This document shows, piece by piece, positions 39,201 through 47,717 of a stretch of DNA of 64,000 nucleotides; positions within the stretch are counted from its first letter, which is position 1; each line of letters begins with the position of its first letter. The position numbers and the translations under genes were made by a program. The stretch is taken from positions 1 through 64,000 of IMG/VR virus record IMGVR_UViG_3300044712_001255. One strand, written 5' to 3'. The notes below the pieces were generated by a model that was given only the letters and a program-made list of their open reading frames with translations, did no database searches and was not told where the DNA came from.

Positions 39201-39592
39201 ACGCAAAGAGCAAGCGTCATTCCAATTACGTCAATCGTGAAAAGAAAGGCCCAGAAGGTGGGTATCGAGATTTTGAAGGTGTTATATCTGCCCAACAAAA
39301 GGTGGGAGATCATACAGATATGAACTCTTTCAAAACATTGTTTGGCACGAAGGTATCTCGTCGTTATGGCGAATCAGTTGAACAGCCAGAGCGTACTATG
39401 TTGGCGATGGCACCTGATATGATTTCCTTATTTGAAAAGATGTCTCATGTCGGATTCGGTCGCAAGAAGGCGACGTTACGTCAAGGTGTCAATAGTGACA
39501 TCATCAGAGACAGCGTTGATATCCAAGATGAGATTGACGCAGGCGCAGGAGTCTTGTTAGAGGACCTAGATATTGTTGAGAACGAGGACTAA
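36287..39592 (+). CDS. Portal protein (T4 gp20-like) with an intein and a Gly/Glu-rich C-terminal extension
   Basis: ASALDIYADE, VAHFRLLG, PYGSSVLE, RAPERRVFYIDVGNIP, EEDYFIAVRGG...IDTLAGG, FARTINSIQ. Confidence 0.95.
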   Translation: MTKKKEDASLFQRLTRLFRSGGKLRRKVKTSDTLQAVPDKTKSSGVLLFQKSMSPTYATVTSNAYNLSERLMRYQDFQEMEYTAELASALDIYADESVPQDDKGRVLHIHSENEKIKEILEDLFYNVLNISFNGRPWVRNLCKYGCFFLYLDVSPEYGVMNAFPIPVNEIEREENYDREDPFAVRFRWVTLGNKTLENWEVAHFRLLGNDMFLPYGSSVLEPARRIWRQLILAEDAMLVYRVVRAPERRVFYIDVGNIPADEVDAYMEKQKTQLRSSSVVENTTGKQDLRYNPMPVHKDTPVPLLDGRTVTIENLAQEISENPNNDVWVYSVNDSDHRIVPGRVIWCGKNYSAEKLIKVWLDNDSYVTTAPEHPFVMRDGSNKRADELVVNDSLMPFYRIETNNGYEEIYDPRSNAYVKTHKVVASNVLVEEWNNTEHKVVHHKHPEIIGNKRNNHPDNLQVMSFWDHRRWHIDRLPLTLHRPDVLQKTRERLTAWNKSSIKKQRVSELNKERNSVVAMAGYNGSELHKSHNENRRQGQKRSWATNKQQRSQTMKWIIPDEFFVIGAQKLREDPTLNRQRFHATMMADSNVIRLLRRAQITKRDVNKMSEAAWIRQLQENTGATFGTFKRTTLGDAYVARKNHKVSRVEHLDVQGEDVYCMTVVGPNGENDRHNFAVCGLTPSTDGSTNVTQVDGIILKNSIEEDYFIAVRGGDTGTKIDTLAGGQNAAAVEDVEYIQKKMIAAIKIPRAYLGYDDMLSSKATLAQEDIRFARTINSIQKTVVAEFNKIAIIHLFSHGYDGEDLMNFTLRLTNPSSIAEQQKLELWRARFDIAGTAPDGMLSKRWIGKTILNLTDSEIREIREDIVAEGGEAEAGGGGGGGGGGGGGLFGGGGDLGGGEGEAGGEEAAGGEEAAPEETEETEGDVLKSSEDHSGTPIKVTARVKLPSDNGYAGTGTYQNSSDISSSRSQPTDAKSKRHSNYVNREKKGPEGGYRDFEGVISAQQKVGDHTDMNSFKTLFGTKVSRRYGESVEQPERTMLAMAPDMISLFEKMSHVGFGRKKATLRQGVNSDIIRDSVDIQDEIDAGAGVLLEDLDIVENED
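37169..38386 (+). mobile_element. Intein (406 aa) with HNH homing endonuclease and atypical Pro1
   Basis: Interrupts portal YNPM|SIEEDYF. Block A PVHKDTPVPLLDG, block B TAPEHPF, HNH VVHHKH...GNKRNNHPDNL, block F VYCMTV...HNF, block G ILKN|S. Confidence 0.93.
38888..39054 (+). repeat. Poly-Gly (13 Gly) and GGE(E/A) low-complexity tract in the portal
   Basis: Mixed GGN codons, so protein-level low complexity rather than a DNA microsatellite. Confidence 0.85.
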
Positions 39593-39595
39593 GAA

Positions 39596-40453
39596 ATGAG
39601 CACACGACATCGTAAGAAGCGCAATGCTGGACTCATGTATGAGTTTTTGGTTCGCACAATTTCTCGTGCGTTGTTGGACGACGACAAGCGTCGTCAGGCC
39701 ATTTCTCTTCGCATACTAAAACGTCATTTCAAGCCAGGATCTGAGCTATTCAGGGAGTTTCGTATTGCGAACGCCTTGTATAAGTCTACTGTATCATCAC
39801 CTGCCGTAGCTGCATCAATTATGCAAGAGGCAAAGGTTGCCGTGAAGGCTCTTGATGGTGCTCGCCTGGAACGAGAAAAATCAATTCTCATACGTGAGGT
39901 AAACCACAACCTGCAAGATCCTACATTCTACGATCAATCGATCAAGGACTATAAGGTGCTTGCTACGATTCAAACTCTGTTTGATGAATGGCGTGAACCT
40001 ACTGACATCGCCCTCCTTGCCGAGTACGAAGATAAGGTGAATCAGTGGCTTGTTACAAATAAGCAGATTGCCGAGTCGATTGATACAGACGCTGATCCTG
40101 GTACGGTGCGTCTTGTTTCACGAATAATGACACAGCGACTCAACGAAAAGTATTCTGATGCGTTGAATGAAGATCAGAAGGCTCTTGTGAGGGCGTACGC
40201 ATTGAGTGAAGCTGTTGGTAGTTCTGATACGATTAGACAACACCTTGAATCTGTCAGAACAAGATTACTACAGCAGATTAGAGAGCACGAAAGTGCCGCA
40301 GGGGGCGACAGGGAAAAGATAAATGAAGTGAAGCAAATGTTGCTGGATGAAAACATCACAACAATTGATGATGATACCGTAACACGTTTTATGCTTTACT
40401 CGAAGTTGTGTGCTGATCTTGCGCTCTCAGAGGTGCAGAATGCAAAAGTCTAA
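39596..40453 (+). CDS. Head-module protein (putative prohead core)
   Basis: RHRKKRNAGLMYEFL; located between portal and prohead protease. Confidence 0.7.
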   Translation: MSTRHRKKRNAGLMYEFLVRTISRALLDDDKRRQAISLRILKRHFKPGSELFREFRIANALYKSTVSSPAVAASIMQEAKVAVKALDGARLEREKSILIREVNHNLQDPTFYDQSIKDYKVLATIQTLFDEWREPTDIALLAEYEDKVNQWLVTNKQIAESIDTDADPGTVRLVSRIMTQRLNEKYSDALNEDQKALVRAYALSEAVGSSDTIRQHLESVRTRLLQQIREHESAAGGDREKINEVKQMLLDENITTIDDDTVTRFMLYSKLCADLALSEVQNAKV

Positions 40454-41108
40454 TAGACAACGGCTTCTAAGATCCTGGCCAACAAACTTCAACTTTTCTG
40501 TTGACAAGTTGAATGAATCATCTGGATTTGGCGTTGTTTCCGCTGATCAAGAACGCACCATTCTACGTGGTATCATACAAAAAGCAGATACTCTCAACCA
40601 AAATGGAAGAATCTATCCACGTGCAATCTTGATGCGTGAGGTACAAAACTATCAGAAGTACATTGCTGAACGTAGGTCAACTGGTGAATTAGATCATCCA
40701 GATTCATCTGTTGTCAGCCTGAAAAATGCATCGCACCTTATCACTAAGGCGTGGATGGAAGGTGACGTTGTCTATGGAGAGTTGATGGTACTGTCAACCC
40801 CGTCAGGACAGATTCTGATGAATCTTCTAGCAGATGGCGTGAAGCTTGGTATTTCATCACGCGGTGTGGGTACAACGAAACGTGATGGTGATTATCACGT
40901 TGTGCAGGATGATTTTCAAATCATCTGCTGGGATATGGTGAGCGAACCCTCAACGCCAGATGCGTTCATGTTGCCCACTAATTCTGCATATATGCCAGAA
41001 GGAAGAGAACTTGTTGGCATGCCGTCGATCTCCGAAAATATCGATTCGCATCAACCACGAATTTCTTTGCATTCTACTTTGGATGATATCCTATCATTTC
41101 GAAAGTGA
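40440..41108 (+). CDS. Prohead core protease (T4 gp21-like)
   Basis: NQNGRIYP, GELDHP, SLKNASH, LGISSRGVG, DMVSEPSTPDAF. Start moved to ATG 40440 (GAGGT SD). Confidence 0.95.
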   Translation: MQKSNRQRLLRSWPTNFNFSVDKLNESSGFGVVSADQERTILRGIIQKADTLNQNGRIYPRAILMREVQNYQKYIAERRSTGELDHPDSSVVSLKNASHLITKAWMEGDVVYGELMVLSTPSGQILMNLLADGVKLGISSRGVGTTKRDGDYHVVQDDFQIICWDMVSEPSTPDAFMLPTNSAYMPEGRELVGMPSISENIDSHQPRISLHSTLDDILSFRK

Positions 41109-41123
41109 TGACGGTCATGTCTT

Positions 41124-41609
41124 ATGAGCGGTCACTTTGATGATGGAATTCTGGATGCAGTTTGTGCGCTTATCACAGACGTAGCGTCGGCAAAAGTAAC
41201 CGCTGCTCACATGATTGACGTGATGCGGCACACAAATTGTATTGGGCTGTCTGCGCCACAAATAGGCGTAACATCACGTATGATATTGTTGAACGGTCAT
41301 GTTCTTGACATGACACGTCAAGAGATCATTATGCTCAATCCAAACATCATAGTCAAAGCTGATGAATGGCGATCAATGTCTGAGACGTGTACATCATTCC
41401 CAGGATTCAGCGCAACAATTCCTCGAGCAAAGAGTGTCTTTGTTGAGTACATTGATTTGAGTGGAACAGTGCGCCGTGAAGAATTTCAAGACATTGCCGC
41501 TCGCGTTGTTCAACATGAAATTGATCACCTTGACGGAATCACGATACTGGATCGAGCACCGAGACCCATCAGGAAGAAATATATTTCATCTAAGAGGAGT
41601 CGCCAATGA
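41124..41609 (+). CDS. def: Peptide deformylase
   Basis: GLSAPQIG, ETCTS (variant of EGCLS) and QHEIDHLDG. Confidence 0.92.
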   Translation: MSGHFDDGILDAVCALITDVASAKVTAAHMIDVMRHTNCIGLSAPQIGVTSRMILLNGHVLDMTRQEIIMLNPNIIVKADEWRSMSETCTSFPGFSATIPRAKSVFVEYIDLSGTVRREEFQDIAARVVQHEIDHLDGITILDRAPRPIRKKYISSKRSRQ

Positions 41610-42064
41610 AGGTAACTAAAGAATGGTTGAAGGGTCTTATCAAGGAATGCCTCGTAGAGATCTTACGAGATGGGCTTAATGAATCAGCTGCGCCATTAGC
41701 TGAAGCTGCACGTCGTCCTGTGCAGCAGCAACGACAACTTCCAAAACAAAATGTTCAGCAACGACCACCACAACAACGAATGAATCAAACATTGGCGATG
41801 GCAGTAAAACAATCAGCGGGTGGAAATCCAGTGATGGAGTCAATCCTTGCCGATACGGCTGCAACAACCTTACAGCAACAAATTCAAGCAGACGGTATGT
41901 CACGACCTAATGTTCCACCAGCGGCTTATGCAGGCGATGAACCTGATATCGCCGCGTTGCAAGAAGCGGCAAATAAAGACGGTGATAGTCCATGGGCAGC
42001 GTTGGCATTTGATACACCAAAGCCTGACGCAACATCATTGTTGGCTATGGGATTTAAACCGTAA
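41606..42064 (+). CDS. Gln/Ala-rich hypothetical head-module protein
   Basis: LIKE and LNES motifs; ATGA overlap with def. Confidence 0.7.
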   Translation: MKVTKEWLKGLIKECLVEILRDGLNESAAPLAEAARRPVQQQRQLPKQNVQQRPPQQRMNQTLAMAVKQSAGGNPVMESILADTAATTLQQQIQADGMSRPNVPPAAYAGDEPDIAALQEAANKDGDSPWAALAFDTPKPDATSLLAMGFKP

Positions 42065-42142
42065 CGCTGTTGTCAAACGCAATTCTAAGCATTCTTTGTG
42101 AGTGTGCCTATTTACTTCTAGCACTTTTGCTGAGAGGTATCC

Positions 42143-42412
42143 ATGCAATTGAACGACAACATGTTACGTAAGCTAATCCTTCAAGAGGCCGCGAAGTTTG
42201 GCAAGATGAAGCCAGCTGATTCCGTGAAGGCCAAGGAAACTGGTCCTGATGAGCTTGCTGATTCTCTTGAGAAGCACGAAGATTTCACCGTAAAGGAGCA
42301 CCTCCAACAGGCACGTGACCTGCGACTCGAGGAAGCTCGCTTGACTCGTCGACTGGAGTCTGTCCGTCGTCGCCGCAAGAGCATCATTGAGTCGTTGCTG
42401 AAGCGCGTATAA
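42143..42412 (+). CDS. Hypothetical head-module protein
   Basis: GAGAGG SD; ILQEA motif; preceded by CTATTTA at 42108. Confidence 0.75.
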   Translation: MQLNDNMLRKLILQEAAKFGKMKPADSVKAKETGPDELADSLEKHEDFTVKEHLQQARDLRLEEARLTRRLESVRRRRKSIIESLLKRV

Positions 42413-42423
42413 GGAGCTGAACA

Positions 42424-42987
42424 ATGGCACTCGGAGACGGAATTCACACGACATATTACGATGGCGTTTCTTGGTCAGTTGCTGACAGAGAAAAAGTCAA
42501 CAAGGATATGTTTGAAAAATTGTTCAAGACAAGTCCTTTTGTTAACAAAGGATACGATAAAAGTGTTGTCTTGGATACTGCTCGTAAGTACATGTTTGGA
42601 CATAAATCAGGTTACGTCCAGGGTGTGCCGGCTTCTGGCGGCGTAAATGCCATGTTTCCGAATGGTGTCAACATGGCGTTCCAGGGCGTTGGAGACATTG
42701 CAAAGGATGTTGTGCACAAAGTTGCAGGTGATCCTGCTAATGCATACGTACCTGATGTAAGATCACCCGGCGCTAATGAAGACGGAAGCGTTAACATAAC
42801 ACCTCAGGATAGTGATCCGAAGATTGAGTTCAAGGATATCAAGCCAAATTACCAGGTTGGTACAGATGGTACTCGCGATCCAGCAAATACTGGTAAGTCA
42901 ATTCATGACGCAATTATTGGCGCTACGCAGGAGCAACAAGTGACTTTGAAGTTGGGCGCCGCATTTGCAGGTGAGTGGAAATCATAA
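42424..42987 (+). CDS. Hypothetical head-module protein
   Basis: AAGGAG SD; located upstream of the scaffold gene. Confidence 0.75.
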   Translation: MALGDGIHTTYYDGVSWSVADREKVNKDMFEKLFKTSPFVNKGYDKSVVLDTARKYMFGHKSGYVQGVPASGGVNAMFPNGVNMAFQGVGDIAKDVVHKVAGDPANAYVPDVRSPGANEDGSVNITPQDSDPKIEFKDIKPNYQVGTDGTRDPANTGKSIHDAIIGATQEQQVTLKLGAAFAGEWKS

Positions 42988-43002
42988 TCAGGAGTGAAAT
43001 AG

Positions 43003-44793
43003 ATGTCAAAGGAACTCTACAAAGAAGCACTCGCAGACGCAAAGCGTCTTCGTGATATTGCAACCAAGGATGCAGAGAATGCTTTGCTCGAGGCGCTCGC
43101 TCCAAGAATCAAGTCATTGATCGATGAACAGATTCTTAACGAGGCTGAGCAGCTTCCTCCTGTCATTAGCAAGCGCCAGACTGTACCGCCAGGTGCGTCT
43201 GTTGTTGCTGATGAAACATGTGATGATGAATGCGTAGCGGCAGAAGAAGAAATTGCTGCCACTGAGGAATGTGAACCAGTGGCACAAGAAATTGATGTCA
43301 TGGTCGCTGCACCTGAGGTTGCTGCCTTGGGGAATCCTAAATTGGGCGCTGCACTACAAACATGCTCAAAGAATATTGAACAGCTAACGTCCTTGGCGAA
43401 GGCTGGTTTCAAGACCACACGCATATTCGAAAGTAAAATCGCAAAAACGATTGCATGTGTGGAGAATACATATGACTACGTGCAAGAGGTTGTTTCTGAT
43501 CTTGCACTCAAGTCAAAGCTTGAAGAAGCGCTGGAAGGCCAGTACGAAAATCTGAAACAACTTCGAGAGGACGCAATGAAGAACCGCAAACAACTGACTG
43601 AAGCTGATGACCTTGACCTCGGCGGTGATGCCGGTGGTGATGACCTCGATCTCGGTGGAGAAGAGGATGTTTCCGGCGGCGACGAGGGCGGTGAGGGCAA
43701 GAAGGTTGAACTCACGGTTAGTTTCGACGCTCCTGGTGATTTTGATACCGATATGCTGAAGGACCTTCAGGTCACTGTCGGCGACGGCGAAGAGGAAGAT
43801 GAGGGCGCTGAGGGTGAGCCCGATGGTGATGAAGGTGGCGACCTTGATCTTGGTGGAGACACTGAGGCTGAGGCTCCTACACTTGAGTCGCTTAGTCATC
43901 TGTCTGATGACACGATCATTGAGCTCGATGAGAACATGCTTCGCCGCGAATTGCGCCGTATGCGTGCCATCAACGAGGAAGGCTTCCCGGTTCCGTCTGT
44001 TGACGGCAACGGCGTAGACGATGCAGCGATGGACGATTTCGGTGGTGGCGATGACGAGGGCGAGCCCCTTGACGTCGACGTTGAAACTGCTGAAAATCAG
44101 AAGGAAGGACGCACTCGTTCTCGTACGGCATCTCGTAGGGCAACCAACGAGTCACGCATCTTCGAAGAAGCAGATGCTGATATGGAGACAGAGGAAGATC
44201 CCGAGAAGAAGACTGAGGAAGTCGCCGAGGGTCTGAAGCGTCGTCTTGCATATGAGCAGCGCATTCAGGCAGCAGCACAGTCTAAGGGTGCTCAGCTGAA
44301 GCGTGAAGGAATCAAGGCTCGCAAGGCAAATGATTCTAAGCGTTATGAGACACTGCGTAAGGCATACGTTGCCGAGTCTCGCCGATTCTCTGAGTCGGTT
44401 CGTAGAACAGAACAGATTAAGGCACGCCTCACTGAGGCTGCTCGTAGCAATCGCTCAAATAGCGGTAGCGCAAAGGCGGATGTCCTCCGCAGAAAGTTGG
44501 AAGAGTCAAATCTCGACAACGTGAAGCTGCAGCTTGCAAACAAGCTGTTGCAGATGTCAAACATTCCGAATGACAAGAAGCTCAAGATCGTTGAGCAGCT
44601 CGATACTGTTAGGTCAGCTCGCGAAGCCAATCTGGTTTTCGAGAGTGCAACCAAGCTCATTGACGCAGCTCCCGCTCCTCGCCGAGTCGGCGCAGGATCA
44701 TCTTCTCGCCCCACCACTTCGGGTGGAGCGTCAACGCTGATGACTGAGGGCTTCGAGGTCAACCGCTGGTCACGATTGGCGGGTCTCAAGTAA
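43003..44793 (+). CDS. Prohead scaffolding/core protein (gp22-like position)
   Basis: Acidic Gly/Asp/Glu tracts, coiled coils, several LxE sites, C-terminal RWSRLAGLK; immediately upstream of MCP. Confidence 0.8.
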   Translation: MSKELYKEALADAKRLRDIATKDAENALLEALAPRIKSLIDEQILNEAEQLPPVISKRQTVPPGASVVADETCDDECVAAEEEIAATEECEPVAQEIDVMVAAPEVAALGNPKLGAALQTCSKNIEQLTSLAKAGFKTTRIFESKIAKTIACVENTYDYVQEVVSDLALKSKLEEALEGQYENLKQLREDAMKNRKQLTEADDLDLGGDAGGDDLDLGGEEDVSGGDEGGEGKKVELTVSFDAPGDFDTDMLKDLQVTVGDGEEEDEGAEGEPDGDEGGDLDLGGDTEAEAPTLESLSHLSDDTIIELDENMLRRELRRMRAINEEGFPVPSVDGNGVDDAAMDDFGGGDDEGEPLDVDVETAENQKEGRTRSRTASRRATNESRIFEEADADMETEEDPEKKTEEVAEGLKRRLAYEQRIQAAAQSKGAQLKREGIKARKANDSKRYETLRKAYVAESRRFSESVRRTEQIKARLTEAARSNRSNSGSAKADVLRRKLEESNLDNVKLQLANKLLQMSNIPNDKKLKIVEQLDTVRSAREANLVFESATKLIDAAPAPRRVGAGSSSRPTTSGGASTLMTEGFEVNRWSRLAGLK

Positions 44794-44828
44794 TCGCTCT
44801 TTCCAACACTCACACAAACGGAGAAACA

Positions 44829-46736
44829 ATGTCTAGATACTTTACACTCAATCAGCTCGCTGAGGGCATCAAGCAGAAGCACGTCGGTGCAGAGCGTGCT
44901 CGTCTCATCGAGAAATGGGCCCGTACGGGTCTTCTGCGTGGCCTTGATGGCCGCAAGCGCGAAAACATGGCGCAGCTCCTGGAAAACCAGGCTGGTCAGG
45001 TGCTCCTCGAGAGCAACGCCCTGTCGACAGGCGGCGGTGGTCTGACTTCCTCGGGACAGATCCAGGGTTTCAGCAACATCGCATTCCCGATCGTTCGTCG
45101 TGTATTCGGTGGCCTTGTTGCCAACGAGCTCGTGTCGATCCAGCCGATGTCCTTGCCTTCTGGTCTGATCTTCTATATCGACTACACCTACGGCAGCAAT
45201 GTCGGTGGTACAGCCGGTATCGGTCTGTCCAATACGGCGACGGCAGACACATATGCCCGTGGCCAGTCACTCTACAACAACCCCGCAGGTAAGGGAATCC
45301 AGTCTGGATCTCTTGCAACGGGTGGTCAGTATGACCTTGTTGGCACTGGATACACCAAGCTTCACACTGGATCAACTTTGATCTCCGTGAATGCAAACGC
45401 AATCGGTGCATGGTCCGGAGCATCCGACACCTTCGTGTCTGGTACGACCGTGGCGGCTCTCACTGACTTCTCTGGCTCGAATGCTCGCTTCGCTAACTAC
45501 GATCCGCAACTTCAGACTGACCTGTCTCTGAACACGCTCGATTACTGCTTCGCCCACTTCGCAGTTGCTGACATCGTGTCTGCTCTGCCGACAGCGAACG
45601 TTGCTGATGTTGATCAGTTCGCAGTGACCGGTTTCACAACGGCTGGAAGCTCCCAGGCATGGGGACAGGCATATCAGGCAGGAACTGGTGTGTTGAACCT
45701 CCGTCGCCTCAACAAGCGCGGCGATTTCTCTGGCGGCGTGTTCACTCCGAATCCGCTGAACGGAACTCACATCCAGACGGTTGTTCGTCTGTCTGCTGCT
45801 GGCGGTAAGCCAGGTCCAGCAACCACTGGTACCGAGACAACTACCTGCTCCATCACGGTGGCGGATGTTGTGAAGGCTGGTGACTCTGTTGGAGCAACCC
45901 TGACGATTCCGTCGTTTGAGTCTGACTTCGGTTCGACTCCTTCGCCGGCAATCCCGGACATCGACATCAAGATCGAGACCATCTCGATCACCGCAACCAC
46001 ACGCAAGCTGCGTGCTCGTTGGACTCCCGAGCTTGCTCAGGACCTCAACGCGTACCACAGCACTGACGCTGAGGTTGAGCTCACCAGCATTCTCTCCGAG
46101 CAGATCGCTCTTGAAATCGACCGCGAGATCTTGAACGAGCTTCTCCTTGAGGCAAACGGTGCGAACTACTACTGGAGCCGTGCTCCTGGCCGCTTCGTGG
46201 ACAAGACCACTGGCGCTCCGATCCAGCTCGCCAACGCGCTGTCAATCGGTCCGGCCTTCACCGGTACTGTTCAGGATTGGTACCAGACACTTGTCGAGAC
46301 CGTCATCGACGTTGCGAACACCATTCATAGGAAGACCCTCCGTGGAGCGGCAAACTTCTGCGTGACTGGCCCCGACGTTGCCACGATCTTCGAGGCATCG
46401 ATCCTCTACAAGCCGAAGTACACCATCGATGGTGAGGGGCAGATCGCTTCCCCGTTCACTGTCGGAGCCGAGGCTGTTGGAACGCTGTCGAATCGTTTCA
46501 CTGTCTACAAGGATCCTTACTTCCCTCGCAACCGCATCCTAGTCGGTTTCAAGGGTGGAAGCTACCTGGAGACAGGATTCGTGTACGCTCCTTACGTCCC
46601 GCTGATTGTCACCCCGACGATCTACGCGCCAGAGGACTTTACGCCTCGCAAGGGTGTGATGACTCGCTATGGCAAGAAGATGGTCAGAAGCGATTTTTAC
46701 GGCACCGTGACCATATTGGACATGAACATCGTCTAA
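44829..46736 (+). CDS. Major capsid protein (T4 gp23-like)
   Basis: EKW.RTGLL, FPIVRRVF, VQPMSLPSGLIF, RKLRARWTPELAQDL..YH..DAE.EL, EIDREI, YAPYVPL, MTRYG. Confidence 0.97.
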   Translation: MSRYFTLNQLAEGIKQKHVGAERARLIEKWARTGLLRGLDGRKRENMAQLLENQAGQVLLESNALSTGGGGLTSSGQIQGFSNIAFPIVRRVFGGLVANELVSIQPMSLPSGLIFYIDYTYGSNVGGTAGIGLSNTATADTYARGQSLYNNPAGKGIQSGSLATGGQYDLVGTGYTKLHTGSTLISVNANAIGAWSGASDTFVSGTTVAALTDFSGSNARFANYDPQLQTDLSLNTLDYCFAHFAVADIVSALPTANVADVDQFAVTGFTTAGSSQAWGQAYQAGTGVLNLRRLNKRGDFSGGVFTPNPLNGTHIQTVVRLSAAGGKPGPATTGTETTTCSITVADVVKAGDSVGATLTIPSFESDFGSTPSPAIPDIDIKIETISITATTRKLRARWTPELAQDLNAYHSTDAEVELTSILSEQIALEIDREILNELLLEANGANYYWSRAPGRFVDKTTGAPIQLANALSIGPAFTGTVQDWYQTLVETVIDVANTIHRKTLRGAANFCVTGPDVATIFEASILYKPKYTIDGEGQIASPFTVGAEAVGTLSNRFTVYKDPYFPRNRILVGFKGGSYLETGFVYAPYVPLIVTPTIYAPEDFTPRKGVMTRYGKKMVRSDFYGTVTILDMNIV

Positions 46737-46760
46737 TAGAAACAACCACTTAGGTGGTCA

Positions 46761-46791
46761 AAGGGCTCGGGCAACCGAGCCCTTGTCGTTT
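46761..46791 (+). terminator. Rho-independent terminator after MCP
   Basis: AAGGGCTCGG-GCAA-CCGAGCCCTT, a perfect 10-bp stem with GNRA loop followed by GTCGTTT; a smaller ACCAC-TTAG-GTGGT hairpin lies at 46745-46758. Confidence 0.85.
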
Positions 46792-46793
46792 AA

Positions 46794-46822
46794 TGTACTA
46801 GACACAACGTACCATGTATAAT
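46794..46822 (+). promoter_or_regulatory. Promoter TGTACT-17-TATAAT, 6 nt before ATG 46829 (predicted leaderless)
   Basis: Perfect -10 hexamer; no convincing SD. Confidence 0.7.
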
Positions 46823-46828
46823 TGAGAC

Positions 46829-47692
46829 ATGATCAAGTGTAAAGAGTGTGGATATGAATGCTCGGCACAAAATGCGTTAGGCTATCACTTACGTTCTCAT
46901 GGAATGTCTTACGATGATTACGTTGTGAAACATGATCACAATGGTGTTTGGCCAATATGCTCATGTGGCAAACGATTGCAACGTAAAAAGGGAGGGTTTA
47001 GCAAACATTGCGGCAAATCATGTGCGTCAAAAGGCGCTAACAACGGAATGTTTGGTAAGAAGGGCGACGATTCTCCGAACTTTGGGTTGATTCGTTCAGA
47101 GCAACAACGTAAGAATTATTCGAAAGGCGCAAAGAAACGTTGGGAATTACACGGCGATAACCTTCGATCTATGATGAAGACACCAGAATATCGACAATCC
47201 CAAAGAGATGCAAACATAATATCGTATGCAACAACAGATCGTGCTGAGAAAACATCTCAATCTGTTAGAAAATTTTGGCAATCTGATTCTGAGATCACTA
47301 AACAACGTCGTAAAGAAGCGTCTAACAGAGCGATTCAATTGCTAGAGATTGGAAAGATTGGTCCACAAGCTCCGTTCAAGGCAGAGTGGATATTAAATCC
47401 TTTCACAAATCAACAAGAATACATGCATTCGTCTTGGGAAACTTTGTTCTTAAATGAATGCATAAAATCAAACTTTCCAGTTACAAAGGCGCATTTAATT
47501 CGTATTGCATATCTTTTGCCAGATGGTAGCGAACATATTTACGTACCTGATTTTGTTTCAATCGATGGTTCGAATTTGTTGATTGAAATCAAGGGTCGAC
47601 GTACAGAAGTTGATGATATCAAATTCAAAGCTTGCAAAGCATGGTGTGTTCAAAATGGATATGAAGTTGTAATGATTGGTGATGCACGATAA
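46829..47692 (+). CDS. Putative free-standing homing endonuclease (C2H2 Zn finger, NUMOD3-like, C-terminal PD-(D/E)xK)
   Basis: CKEC...HLRSH; CSCG...HCGKSC; NGMFGKK; HSSWE...YVPDF...IEIKG. Confidence 0.75.
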   Translation: MIKCKECGYECSAQNALGYHLRSHGMSYDDYVVKHDHNGVWPICSCGKRLQRKKGGFSKHCGKSCASKGANNGMFGKKGDDSPNFGLIRSEQQRKNYSKGAKKRWELHGDNLRSMMKTPEYRQSQRDANIISYATTDRAEKTSQSVRKFWQSDSEITKQRRKEASNRAIQLLEIGKIGPQAPFKAEWILNPFTNQQEYMHSSWETLFLNECIKSNFPVTKAHLIRIAYLLPDGSEHIYVPDFVSIDGSNLLIEIKGRRTEVDDIKFKACKAWCVQNGYEVVMIGDAR

Positions 47693-47717
47693 TTCGTGTG
47701 TTAGATATTGGGTAACC

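Noticed and set aside
45931-45940. GTTCGACTCC resembling a tRNA T loop
   Set aside because: Lies inside the MCP coding sequence and has no flanking T stem or acceptor stem.
43017-46745. Several long antisense and alternate-frame ORFs over the scaffold and MCP (for example 45372..46058, 44343..44882)
   Set aside because: Explained by strong codon bias in highly expressed genes, which depletes stops in other frames; no SD or recognisable motifs.
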